Source: Tubiluchus corallicola (Eukaryota > Animalia > Priapulida). From it: DNA of 64,000 nt. Shown here in pieces: positions 11,827 to 24,771 of this stretch. The notes beneath the pieces were generated by a model that saw nothing but the letters and a program-made list of their open reading frames with translations, did no database searches and was not told the DNA's origin. The stretch's first letter is position 1; each line of letters starts with the position of its first letter. The DNA is taken from positions 55,907 through 119,906 of the forward strand of contig JAQGDQ010000644.1 of NCBI GenBank assembly GCA_030141605.1, read 5' to 3'. The translations under genes and the position numbers were made by a program.

Positions 11827-12026
11827 TACAAAGTCACGATCAACGGCCAGTGGCTACTTGGCATTTATAAATCAATAAATTTAAAAAAAACTTAATGCAC
11901 TTAACTATTAGGTTAAAGGTCATGGCTGAGAAACAAACCATGACCTTTGACCTGATACTTAAGTGCATTAGTTTTTTCAATTTATTGATTTATAAGTAGC
12001 CACTGACCGGTGATCTTGATTTTGTA
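11827..12026. repeat. Long imperfect palindrome / foldback MITE
   Basis: Arms 11827-11925 and 11938-12026 are reverse complements (e.g. GGTTAAAGGTCATGG / CCATGACCTTTGACC; CAGTGGCTACTT / AAGTAGCCACTG) around a 12-nt loop. Confidence 0.85.
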
Positions 12027-12511
12027 CTCATGTAATCAAACCTGAAAAAACCAATGCACCCAAGTATCAAGTCAAAAATTGACAATGGTCAAACACTTGA
12101 TTTATTGAAAAAGAAAGGTCATCAACATAATATGACATGTAATTTGCCAGGCTAAGGATTCGTTACATCAGGTACTTGATTTATTTAAAAAACCTTTACT
12201 GTAATCACTATGTGCACTGACTTTACTGTTTTGAAACTCTATGTAATTCTAAATCAGAATCCCGTCTAAGCATTACTAATGCAGACCTCGTTACGAAACG
12301 TGGGGGCTTCGCACGAAATGAATGATTTTATATTTAGGCTCCTCTCCTCTGGATACCATTACTCTGTCGAGACAAGCAACGTAACTTTAACCTAATTTCT
12401 TTCTTAAAATGTTTGAAAACAAGTTACGTTGTGTAGCGGTGAATCACTACAGCACCTCAGCTGACGACTAACTCAATTAACGTATGAAAAGTTAAAGAAT
12501 TTGGCAAATTC

Positions 12512-13339
12512 AGTTCAACGTTGTTACTTCAGAACTCAAAAGATGTCTGGTTAAACTGATGCGCGATACAAATGATGTCAAGTTCAACATTGTTACTTCA
12601 GAACTCAAAAGATGTCTGGTTAAACTGATGCGCGATGCAAATGATGTCAAGTTCAACATTGTTAATTCAGAACTCAAAGGATGTCTGGTTAAACTGATGC
12701 GCGATGCAAATGATGTCAAGTTCAACATTGTTACTTCAGAACTCAAAAGATGTCTGGTTAAACTGATGCGCGATGCAAATGATGTCAAGTTCAACATTGT
12801 TAATTCAGAACTCAAAGGATGTCTGGTTAAACTGATGCGCGATACAAATGATGTCAAGTTCAACATTGTTAATTCAGAACTCAAAGGATGTCTGGTTAAA
12901 CTGATGCGCGATGCAAATGATGTCAAGTTCAACATTGTTAATTCAGAACTCAAAGGATGTCTGGTTAAACTGATGCGCGATACAAATGATGTCAAGTTCA
13001 ACATTGTTACTTCAGAACTCAAAGGATGTCTGGTTAAACTGATGCGCGATACAAATGATGTCAAGTTCAACATTGTTAATTCAGAACTCAAAGGATGTCT
13101 GGTTAAACTGATGCGCGATGCAAATGATGTCAAGTTCAACATTGTTAATTCAGAACTCAAAGGATGTCTGGTTAAACTGATGCGCGATACAAATGATGTC
13201 AAGTTCAACATTGTTACTTCAGAACTCAAAGAATGTCTGGTTAAACTGATGCGCGATACAAATGATGTCAAGTTCAACATTGTTACTTCAGAACTCAAAG
13301 GATGTCTGGTTAAACTGATGCGCGATACAAATGATGTCA
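12512..13339. repeat. 69-bp minisatellite, 12 near-identical tandem units
   Basis: Unit AGTTCAACATTGTTAMTTCAGAACTCAAARGATGTCTGGTTAAACTGATGCGCGATRCAAATGATGTCA; unit starts at 12512, 12581 ... 13271; no spacers. Confidence 0.97.
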
Positions 13340-13835
13340 GTATAAATGCGCATACAAAACTAAGTACGTGTGATGCGAGGTCGGTTTTCAGCGTGTCGCC
13401 CCTACACCCCCCCCCCAATTATTTCACATAGTTTGATGAAACCTAGCGCAAGGGTGAGCAACGATCTTTTTGTAATTGAGCAAACCACAACGGCGAAGTT
13501 GTCATAAATTAAAAAGCAGCTGATTTATCTTAGGGCGCTCACAGTTTTAGATAAAACAAACATTATTTGACAGACATGGAAAGACTGTTAGGAGGAGGTA
13601 AATCTTTAATCGACCATTTATACTAAAAAACAGCATTAATTTGTTCAGTTGTGACAAAAACTCCACCTGTAGATACAGGAAGAAACGGTAGACATGCAAC
13701 CAATCGTCTGTTTCATTACAAGGCAAGCTACAACTTCGATAAATTCATTTATTGAAAATTCGTTACCCGTGAATAGCTTTGCAACAACTCATTATATTTT
13801 GATGCAATTGAGTGGATTAATATGTGATCTGTGAT

Positions 13836-13931
<96 letters not shown>

Positions 13932-14075
13932 ATACTAATACTACTAATGCTACTACTACTACTATTACGACTACTACTACTACTACTACCGCCGCCACCG
14001 CTGTCGGTGCCACCACCACAACCATCACCACCGTCACCACTGCCACTGCCACCGCCACTGACACCACCACTACCG

Positions 14076-14115
<40 letters not shown>

Positions 14116-14222
14116 CGCCACTGCCGCCACTGCCGCCACTGCCGCCGCCACCGCTGTCGGTGCCACCACCACAACCATCACCACCGTCACCACTGCCACC
14201 GCCACTGACACCACCACTACCG

Positions 14223-14301
<79 letters not shown>

Positions 14302-14437
14302 CACTACTACCGCCACTGCCGCCGCCACCGCTGTCGGTGCCACCACCACCATTACCACTGCCGCCACCACTGACACAACCACCACAGCCACTACCACTAC
14401 TACTACACTGCCGCCGCCGCTCACACCACCACCACCG

Positions 14438-14472
<35 letters not shown>

Positions 14473-14476
14473 GCTG

Positions 14477-14564
<88 letters not shown>
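13836..14564. repeat. Compound (CTA)n/(CCA/CCG)n trinucleotide repeat with three higher-order CCGCTGTCGGTGCC blocks
   Basis: Directly visible. Confidence 0.95.
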
Positions 14565-17500
14565 AGACTGTGTAGTTAGCGAGGGTGTTCAAAATGACTG
14601 GTAGCTCAGGCTATGGTGAGAGAATTAACCTTCTCGTGAGACGTGAACTACATCACTGAAAAACGGTTTAGCTATACGACAATGTCAAGTTTCATAGAGT
14701 GAATGAGCCAAATGCTTATTTCTCTCAGAATAATATACTGCCTACTCAAATGGATATACGGCGAGTAGTTTATTCAAGAGTTACTTAAATACCAAGCATG
14801 TGAACTAATGTTTATACTAGAGGCCATGCCAGGCTAATACCCAAACCCTTAGGCTCGTGACATGCGCCTACAATTTCTGCATTGCTTCGATAAAGTTTAT
14901 TTATCCTAGCGATCGTAACACTTGATCAGATATGGAGCATCTGTCGAGACTGTTACCCTGGCTTGGCTGCTCCTCACTAAATTTTGGCACGGTGGTGGTG
15001 TTGGTACGTCCTTATGCCGGCATGAAATTTTTACAAACTTTAAACTCAGTAGTGCAGTTTCATGGCGATTTGCAATCACACTTTCTGTGAAAAATTTTAA
15101 ACTATTACAGATGCATCTAGAGAGTTGCACAGACGTCCGTTTAATAAAGAAAATTGGGAAATTTTTTATATCTTGTCGCACTTTGACCTACCACCTAAAA
15201 TGTATATTTTATTGTCTGTAATAATTGCCAAACAGTTTCTACTATTAACTAATTATTAGCTTAGAAACCTAATTAGCGGCCGACGAGCGAGCTAGCGAAG
15301 AGGTTACAAGTGGGGAAAATTTTCTAACAGCAGAAACCTTCCATGAGAATTTCTTCCGTGTTTACGAAAACGATAATTGAAATACGGCATTCGAGAACTT
15401 CATACGTTACAATTTTATCAAAATCGTTTGAAGAAATTGCGTTAAGTTATAATATTTCCCAAGTTGGTGAATAAACAGTCGTATTTAATCGAATTTAAAA
15501 AATAGGCAAGAAAGTAACCAAATTTATGTCGTATATATTAATTTTAAACCGCTTGAAAAGTATATAAGCATACCCCAGTTTATAATTTACATAATAACAG
15601 AGCACAACTCTGTTATTAAGCACGTTTGCAATGCTTCTTAAAAGATAATAATTTTCTTATCAAAGAATTCCTACAAAAATACACTTGTATAAAACTTACT
15701 TTTTAGCGACTCACGCAAAAATTAAGTAAGAAATCAACTTTGAGAATACCAGGCTGTATCAGATGCAGTTTTTTATGTGTTTCTAGTGTATCCAACCTTT
15801 CTAGTGTTGCTTCTACAGAATAATGATTGAGAATTACATAACCACGGGGTCTTGGGAAATACTTTGTTTACTCGCGAACACTGTTTTTCCACAAGCCTAT
15901 AAAGAGACTTCGAAAAAGTTGTTTTCTTTTCAAGAGTGCAGTTTGCTACTTTTCAAACCTGCATGTATCAACAGCTGCCATCTTGCAGGAAACACAACCC
16001 TCCATAGCGAACCTAGTTGCATTGATTTTTGAAACTATAAAGTGAGAAAATTATGTGCAGCATAATTTAAAGTAACTTTCGTGTATTGCGCATTTTGGAA
16101 ACACAGCCACAATTAATATATAGTCGCATTGAAACTAATTTCACAATTAATATACCATTTCTATCGCTAAGGAATTTGTTGATTTCAGCGAGCAGCGAGC
16201 GAATTACATTGATGGAACCCTGCTGCTGTATAACGCTTAATTCGGTTCAGGGGGGGGGGACAAAAGGCAGTTCTAAAGTATCTCCCGACTCCCGAATCGC
16301 TTTCCATAAAATGTTATATTACCAAACATGCGCTCATTAGTTGTATTAAGCTACTTGTTTGAAAGACATTGGCAACTAGAAAATTATATTCCCTGTAATC
16401 TATAATGTTCGCGCCAACATTTAAGAACGTCACTGGCTCACAATCCCAGTGTGCACCACTGGCTCTCCAACAAAATATATTACTAATCTCATTAACAAAA
16501 TAAAGTAATTTATATTTTTGCTTAGTTAATTATTTTTCGAACTTTTTGTAGTGTTATGTAAACTTCTTACTTAGCAACTGACAACTAAGCAACATATGCA
16601 TGTAGATAATACAAAATTTTAATAATATTGTATACATGTATTAATTGTATACAAGATTAAATCATGTATTAATAATTTCTTTTAACAAAATGTATAGGCA
16701 ACTGCAGTTTGCTTAATTGCTATTAGTTATACACGAGGTTATAAAATTATTAGGATTTAGTAATGCTATATAGCAATCTTTGTTCTACAACTTGATTATC
16801 CTGTATTAAATTGCTAAATTGAACTTTGATGTTTGCTTGAAATTAATCAGAGTAAAAATTATTTGCTACACGTTAATTTTGAGCTCTTGGCCACAGCACA
16901 GTGACGACAAGACCATTACTTTCGACATTTCAACAACGTCGCTATGGCAACGGTAATGACAATGTCAACAACAACAATGTAGCAACAGCATAGACAGAAA
17001 CAACAAAAACTACAGTTAAAACAACTTAGCTTTTGCAAAAGCTGTACGAAATAATGAAGCATTTTATCGATTGCATAATTCAGTAGATATTAATAAACTA
17101 TGTTAATAAAGTCAGCATGGCTGCAAGTTGTCATTTGTAGAGAAATGAAATACAGGCAATTAAATAAGAAAACAGCAATCGTATTTGCCACACCCGTCTC
17201 TAACGATCTAATTAAGGCAGTAAATCGATCCCATTAACATCATTCGGTTGCGGGGAGAGGGTTAATTATCTTCTGAGCAGCTGATGACATCGTCCTTCTA
17301 GTAGGTATTAAGGGTAGTATTTAGTATAACTCTAATCGTACTATTTATTTGACTTGGAGTATATTACGTCAGTTAATGAGCAACACTTTTGCATGTGACC
17401 ACTAGTTATAGCAACACTAAAACCCAATCTGTTTTTATGTAAAGGTATAAGCTTGTCAAGTACATGAAACAGGTCCAATTTAATACAAGTTTACAAAATT

Positions 17501-17947
17501 TCTGTTAATGAACTTTGACATTTATTCCATCAATTTCTAAATCCTTCACATTTACTCAGAACATTGACAACCATTGTGGACAGGATGAAGAAAAATGTTT
17601 TCCACAAAAAATTTTGATTTTTGGTTTGTTTGGTTATTAAAGTTTTTGTATAGTTCGTTTTCGATTTATATTAAGTGAGAGCTGACGATAAACACTTCTC
17701 TATAGACTGTCAATGAGAAATGTGATTACCAGGCATCTGTACGAGAATACTGTAGAAAATGAATCAATTAAAGTATTTAAGCAGAATAAATAAGCCTAAA
17801 TGATCCGACGGGGGTGTTCCTACTACAGTATGAGGCGAGTAACGTAATATGAAATAAAAGCAAAATATATGGAAAGCTAACTATTACAGTAACAGAAGGG
17901 GAGTGACAGCTTATTCCTAGCACGAATCTGCTAGACTAAGTTGTAGG

Positions 17948-18197
<250 letters not shown>

Positions 18198-19462
18198 TTA
18201 TTTTTTCCTCAATTTGCAGGAATATACAATCAGCAGTTTTAGTCATACACATACACAGTTAATACAAAATTCCAATACACCATTAATAGACAAAAACAGG
18301 ATACGACAGCGTTAATAACATAAGATTTGGAATTCTCGACATCCACTTTATGCCAAAGCTTTACGATTAAATGGAAGAAAGTTTACGTGAAAGAATCATA
18401 TTAAAAAGCTAAGTATGTGTATACTATCTGCCTGTACAAAAAGAATTATTTCAAAAAAAAACAAAACAAAATCATAACATCGTTAAGCACAGATTACATC
18501 TTGCATTTGCATCTATGAGTGAGGATTCTACGTCATTGTCTTGCAGTTTCGTCATTAAATTATTTTTTCTTCTGCATTAATCAGTTCACAATCAAAAAAA
18601 GATGTTCTACTGTTTGGCAAGGGTAACCACATTCATCCTTAGGGAAAACTATTAACTTAAACTTAGGAAATCGCGAGCCCGATTCATGGCAACCATCAAC
18701 CTTTAAAAATCCAAAACTTTTGCAATTGTAAGTAGTCTGTAATAGAAAACATTAAATTGCTGTCTGATGTAAAATAGTTAAGCAATATTCAAACAGTTTT
18801 TATTACAGCGAAGAGACAAAATAACCCAAAAATTGTCAAATCGCCTGTTTAAGAGTATAAATGGTTAAATAATTAAATTTGGTGCCTCAGATATCAAAGA
18901 CAATACAGACTCAGGTATAATGATAACTGAATTTATTACGAAATTTCCATTCACTAGAAATCATCACAAAAGTAAATTTGTAGTTAAACAAGTTAGCCTA
19001 CTGAGTTTAAAATCAGCAATAACTTAATCTAATTAATGAAACTTACTTAATTGTTTATAATAGTAACTCGAATGTCTTGCAGTTTACTTACAGGCTACTC
19101 AAGAATTAATTAATCTTTCTGTTTCTGCTCCATATTAACAAAGCAGAGACGAAAAATTCACATTACGAAATTTGCTCACATCCAAAGTATAGTAATATAA
19201 AATATATATATCGTTTGAGATACGTAAGATCATTGATCAACCAGCAAATTTTCTCAGACTAGTTGCTACCATGTTTTCAATTGCTTCTACATTCACTTTT
19301 AAACTACCTATCACTAGCTGGAATCAATCGTAATGCCAAATTGCTTTACTAAGCGATATTTCATACGACGTCTGAAAAAAAGTACAACTATTATCTCACT
19401 AAATCACGTGCTTTCTGAAACCTCTCCTCCTTGTTCTCCTCTCTTCTTTCTCTCTCTCTCTC

Positions 19463-19512
<50 letters not shown>

Positions 19513-19518
19513 AATTAA

Positions 19519-19933
19519 AGGCATGTAAATAGAAAAGAAAATTATTAAAATGTTTTCACCAATTGGCAAAATGTCGTTGATTCACCTCCAGGGGCACCAC
19601 TCACTAACCAAAAAGCAATTCTTTATCTTTTTGACAAGATACATTTACTTAGTTAGTGACGCATGCGCTACGAATGCTCTGATTATTTTTTCAAGCTTTA
19701 CGCAATGATATCAAAACTTTTTTCAACTGACTTATTATCAAAATGGCGGCGTCTAACGGTCATCGCGGGAGTTTAAATTTACATGTTTTATACATCGTTA
19801 CTGCCGACGCAAGCCCTGTATGCAAAAAGGCAGAAGGCAGTGTGTAAGTGGTATAAAATTTCAAGACGAATTTTTTATCTTTATATAAGTGGAGGGTTTC
19901 TTGTGCTTATTATTCCCTCTTCTCTTTTCCCCT
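19519..19933 (+). mobile_element. TTAA-flanked MITE, family B copy (Kolobok/T2-like, AGG...CCT termini)
   Basis: TTAA at 19515-19518 and 19934-19937. The right end TCCCTCTTCTCTTTTCCCCT resembles the reverse complement of the left end of the 37537 copy. Internal blocks (GCGCTACGAATGCTCT, AAAATGGC, CAAGACGAATTTT) are shared with the other copies. Confidence 0.75.
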
Positions 19934-21151
19934 TTAAGCTTTCGCGTACGACTTTACTAAACCATTAATATAGAAATATGACACGCTGTTTGACTTCAGC
20001 AAAGTTATCATTCTTGCTACAATAATCACACACTTGGCTTAATTATAGTTTAGCATGACTAACGAGATCTAACGTCCCTCTCTGATGAATAGATGATTGC
20101 ATGACTACATTAAAGTTCTACGTGCCGAGGTTATGAATTTGGTATCAATTTCTGATCAATTTTGCCTTTGTCCGTTATATCACAATAATTTATAGCATGC
20201 TAATGTCCCATGGTGTATTCAGGATAGATAAATACTTTCCGTGTCCTTCGTGCAACTTTCAGTAGGTTTTGCCATCACAGGTTCTTTAGACGGTTAGAAA
20301 ACATTTTACCGCCTGAAGAAAAATACTTCACAATCATCACAACCGTTTTAAAAAATCTTCAAAGAAATAATCATAAATCGCGCATAAATTTACAAGTCAA
20401 ACGAAAACATCCGCGAAATTATTATCCGTTGCCTAGAGCTCTTATTTAAGTTGTTTTGTGTGAAGAATACGACAACGTTAGCAATCAGCACATCAAAACA
20501 AATTACGTACCAATATTAATTACATTTATAACAAGAGATTAAAACGCGGTGCATTTAAAAATATAAAAACGGGTTTCTGGAAAAAGTAATGATATGATCG
20601 TATTTGTAATGACAAAAAGCTTGTTTATTATCTGACTATTTCACAATAGGCTTGTGTATAAAAACAAGCAACGCAGAAGTAATTAATTGGCTGTAAAACA
20701 AAACAATAAGCTCCTTAACAAATTTCAAATAAATTAAAATCTTGTTACATAAAATATAAACGTAAGAGTGACTTTTATAACCACATTTTAATAGACTACG
20801 CTTTCTCTTCCTCTCTAATAACTAGAGAGTGGTAACTAGTGACCAACAAAAGCATTACTCACTAGCTATTCTTATTAAAGAATGGTTAGGTTAATTGACT
20901 TAAGTAAGGAATAATGACAGTAAATATTAAAAGTGTACTGTAAAACCATTTTCCCTGTCAGAGTGTATTCTGTCATGTAAAAGATTCTTTCAATGGGTGA
21001 AACCTTTAGTACTACTAAGGAGTAGCTCACTAAGCTTTGTTCGAAAATCAAACGGTAGTCCCAAAACGCTTTTCCTGGATTTAATTCAACTTAATCCCGA
21101 TTTTATTTCTTCTCACCTAGTTACAGTTTTTTCCCATTGCTGCTAATACTG

Positions 21152-21239
21152 ATGATGACGAATGTCCATGATGAATGTCAACGTTCTGGTGCCATTCTTC
21201 ATGTGTTGGCAAGCTGCACGTTGCTGTGGATAGCGACAT
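21152..21239 (+). CDS. Candidate signal-peptide exon of nAChR gene 2
   Basis: MMTNVHDECQRSGAILHVLASCTLLWIAT-t|gtcagc, phase 1. Splicing to 31088 gives ...[17 protein letters not shown], a plausible signal peptide and cleavage site. The donor is non-optimal and no homology support exists for signal peptides. Confidence 0.45.
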
Positions 21240-21549
21240 GTCAGCCACGTTAACTATTTATTGAAATACCGGCTAAGATCACACACAGCAATAATTGATT
21301 TCTCACATTAACTTGTCACAAATAAAAGTTCTCTGCCTGTTGCAGTCCATTGCACAGTCTGTTATTCTTGAGGTGCGCCTTGATCGACTGCAATTCGCAA
21401 AAAGTTATCGATGCAATTAGGATCATTTTAAGATGCTGTAGAACTTCAGCAGCTATCATACTAGACTAAAATTTATCAATAAAGAGCTCGTGACTGATAC
21501 AATGTAATAGATTTGAAAACTTTTCTTGAAATGCCTCCACTGAACTCTT

Positions 21550-22048
21550 GTGCTTAAAACCAAGAATATGCTCAACTTGAATAAAACTTTAAAAATTCGT
21601 CTGGAAATTTTATAACACTTACATACATTTTTGCAATCAGGGCTTCCGTCGGCAGTAACGCTGTATAAAACATGTAAATTTAAATTCCCGCGATGACCGT
21701 AAGACGCAGCCATTTTGACGATAAGTCACTTGAAACAAGTTTAGATAACATTGTGTAACTTTGGAAAAATAATCAGAGCATTCGTAGCACACACGTCACA
21801 AACTCAGTAAAATTTTAAATTACTGTATCTTGTCAATATGATTAAAAATACGTTTTTTTGGTTAGTGAGGGGTGCACCCTGTAGCTGAGTCAACGACATT
21901 TTACCAACTGGTGGAAACATTTCAAATAAATAATAATTTCCTTTTCAAGTTACGTAAGTCTTTCAAACAAGTAGGCGAAATGCTAAGTAGCATAACTTTC
22001 CATGGAAAGTCTTTTGGGACACAATTTAACATTGTCTTTTCTTCCCCT
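21550..22048 (-). mobile_element. Family B MITE copy in inverted orientation (left boundary approximate)
   Basis: About 21590-21945 is the reverse complement of about 19530-19875 (e.g. CATGTAAATTTAAATTCCCGCGATGACCGT); TIR-like TTTTCTTCCCCT ends at 22048. Confidence 0.7.
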
Positions 22049-22398
22049 AATTTACGTGTGCGTATATGACGTCATATAATGGCGCGGTCGGGACAGTATT
22101 GCGGAAGATTTAAAATGAAGACAAAAATCCTTTCAACATGATACGATATACGTATAAAATTGCTACAAAGTAATATAATTTTTTAAGGCGATTTTTCTGA
22201 AACTACATTAGGTTCCCCTTTTCTCGTGCTTCAAGCTATAATAACGGATTTGTCGTTCTCCATTTAGACGCTGTACAAACTGAAGAAAATTGTGTTAATG
22301 TAGTAATAATCAATAACGTAAATATAACTCTTAGAGACAATCAATAAAAAATCTAGCAATTAAGAAAAAATGAAAAACTCGACATTTCAAACTACGGT

Positions 22399-22565
22399 TG
22401 TGATTTATCTTCAAGTGAAAGAAAAAACAGAAAATGAAAAAATAACGTGAAATTACTAAATGTCTAAATTAAATTAAATCTACATTAAAATTAAATTAAA
22501 TTTTATTTAGTGATTTCGTGTTATTTTCTTCTTTTCTTTTCTCTTCCACCTGAAGATAAATCACA
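22399..22565. repeat. Imperfect palindrome / small MITE
   Basis: TGTGATTTATCTTCAAGTG ... CACCTGAAGATAAATCACA, with further pairing inward (GAAATTACTAAAT / ATTTAGTGATTTC). Confidence 0.7.
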
Positions 22566-24417
22566 GTGGTGGTGATTTTTTTCTTAACAAGTGTTCTGAT
22601 CTTTTCTTACATGTGGTGTCTTCATTATTTAAGCAATAAAGGATTTTTGAGGATCAGTCAAGTCTAATCATGATATTGTTGTTTGTGCCTAGGAAAAAAA
22701 TACAACAATCTATTTTGTGCAAAAATGACGGCTTGATTTAGTTCTTGAAAAACTTAAAGCAAAAGCCAAGTCTTGCGCGAAGTTGAGCTTATTTTAATAT
22801 TTGGGGAGAATGTTAGAAAGTTTCAGCAATAAAATTGTGATAAGCGTCTCGTGTAATTAGTAAAATCAATTTAAAGTCGTGGTCACTCCATACCTGGACG
22901 CGCTCATTTTAGACCAAAAATAGCGTCATCTGGTTCCCGTGCCATATAAACACTTATCCCGCCAGGTGGTTAAGAATATTTTTTAACTTTCAGAGCGAAC
23001 TCTATAAACTAAGTAACCAGCCCGGCACCTATTACGAGCTGGCAAGTTTATATGCGTATCTAAAAGTCAACAAAAATTTGTATATTAATTATTTACACAA
23101 TTAACGTTAATTACTTAACATATTTTAAGGCGTAATGCTGTAGATTAAAGCAATGTAACCATTTTAAATTTGATCATAATTGATCGAACGACTAATTTCG
23201 AGATAAACACAGTTAAATACAACATTAGAATAACAGAACTTCTAGGCAGAAATTATGCAACGCGTACCTTCGCACAGCTTGCCTTCACGGCATTCACACT
23301 GCCAAGCAATGTGGGAGATCAGAAATATTTAAATTTATTTTACATTTTTAAGCAAAGCAACCTATGCGTATATTTTGTGCTGTGATTTCAATATTTTTAA
23401 TTGTACATTAAAATGCAACAAAAGTTGTTCGAGGGTTGCTTCTACCTTTAATAATATCTATACTTATTTGTGGGGCAACAAAATGGATAGTTTACTTTAC
23501 TCGGCCCCTCCAGCGTGGTATATTCTCGATAGAGCACGCACTCATTCATGCAGTCATATCCTATTTTATGTGAATCACAGCCGCTAACTATTTTCTTGCA
23601 TTTTCTTCTTCTCAGTTTGTACTTCCCTTTCTCCGAGCGGCCCTGTGTCGAATAATCTTCTAAAAAAGTTAAACTATTACAGCCTGCAGCTGCAGCCATA
23701 TTGCCACACTATTTGCTTCAGCACAATAACATTTCTTGGTCTTATTCCGAAAACAAAGCTAAGGCTAAGGAATTTTCCCAACATACCGTTCAGGTTTCAC
23801 GTGAAATAATCCAGACTGCTATTTAGAGGATGATAATCCCCATAAAATTCCTCTGGGAAACATCATGCGGGGGACGAACCACAATAGATGATCCCACCAA
23901 CTAAAATTTCCAGTTTTCACATAACTGTTAAATTGGGAATACAAAAACATGAGTACTTATTTCTGTAGGGTCATGTATTTCTAAGCATCAATTAGCGAAG
24001 AGTGCAGTATTTTGTGAAATTATTCAACTGTCCTAATGACTGCTCCTCCTACGTGGAGCTGCACGGCGTAGTATTTCCAACAACTTGCCGCGTGCCAAGT
24101 CGTAAGAACTTTTGAAAGTAAAAGAGCACCAACCTTCTAGTTCCTCTTCCAATCAAATCTGTAAGCACAAAAACATAAATGCTAGTTAATAGGTGGAATC
24201 CTTCGGTAGAAGTGGCTTTAGAAAATGTTGCATAACCTGAAGAAAACGAGATTTATATCGAATAAATGTACAGCATGTGTGGACTCATTTGGACGAATGA
24301 GTGAGCGAATAATTGTTGCATGAAAGCCGGAAGGAAAAGAGAGATAAACAAAGGTAACCCAATAAAAGGATTACGGACTAAATGATGCAAATAAGAAGTA
24401 AAAATGAAATAGAAAAT

Positions 24418-24771
24418 GAAAAGGAAAGAAAAGAAAAGAAAAGAAAAGAAAAGAAAGGAAAAGAAAAGAAAAGAAAGGAAAAGAAAAGGAAAGGAAAGAA
24501 AAGAAAAGAAAAGAGAAGAAAAGAAAAGAAAAGAAAAGAAAAGAAAAGAAAAGAAAAGAAAAGGAAAGGAAAGGAAAGGAAGGGAAAGGAAAGGAAAAAA
24601 AAAAAAAAGAAAAGAAGGAAAAGAAGGAAAAGAAAAGAAAAGGAGATGAAAGAAAAGAAAAGGAAAAGAAGGAAAAGAAAAGAAAAGAAAAGAAAAGAAA
24701 AGAAAAGAAAAGAAAAGAAAGGAAAAGAAAAGAAAAGAAAAGAAAGGAAAAGAAAAGAAGGAAAAGGAAAG
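24418..24771. repeat. (AAAAG/GAAAG)n purine microsatellite
   Basis: Directly visible. Confidence 0.95.

Noticed and set aside
12512-13339. CRISPR array or repeat-protein gene (290-aa and 302-aa ORFs)
   Set aside because: Units are contiguous with no unique spacers and there are no cas genes in a eukaryotic context. The ORFs follow from a 69-bp (3n) unit lacking stops in one frame per strand.
13792-14592. Poly-Ser/Val/Leu/Pro ORFs here and similar low-complexity ORFs at 10798, 24253, 39520, 47484, 48508, 49855, 51177, 62054 and 63547
   Set aside because: Translations of microsatellites that lack stop codons.
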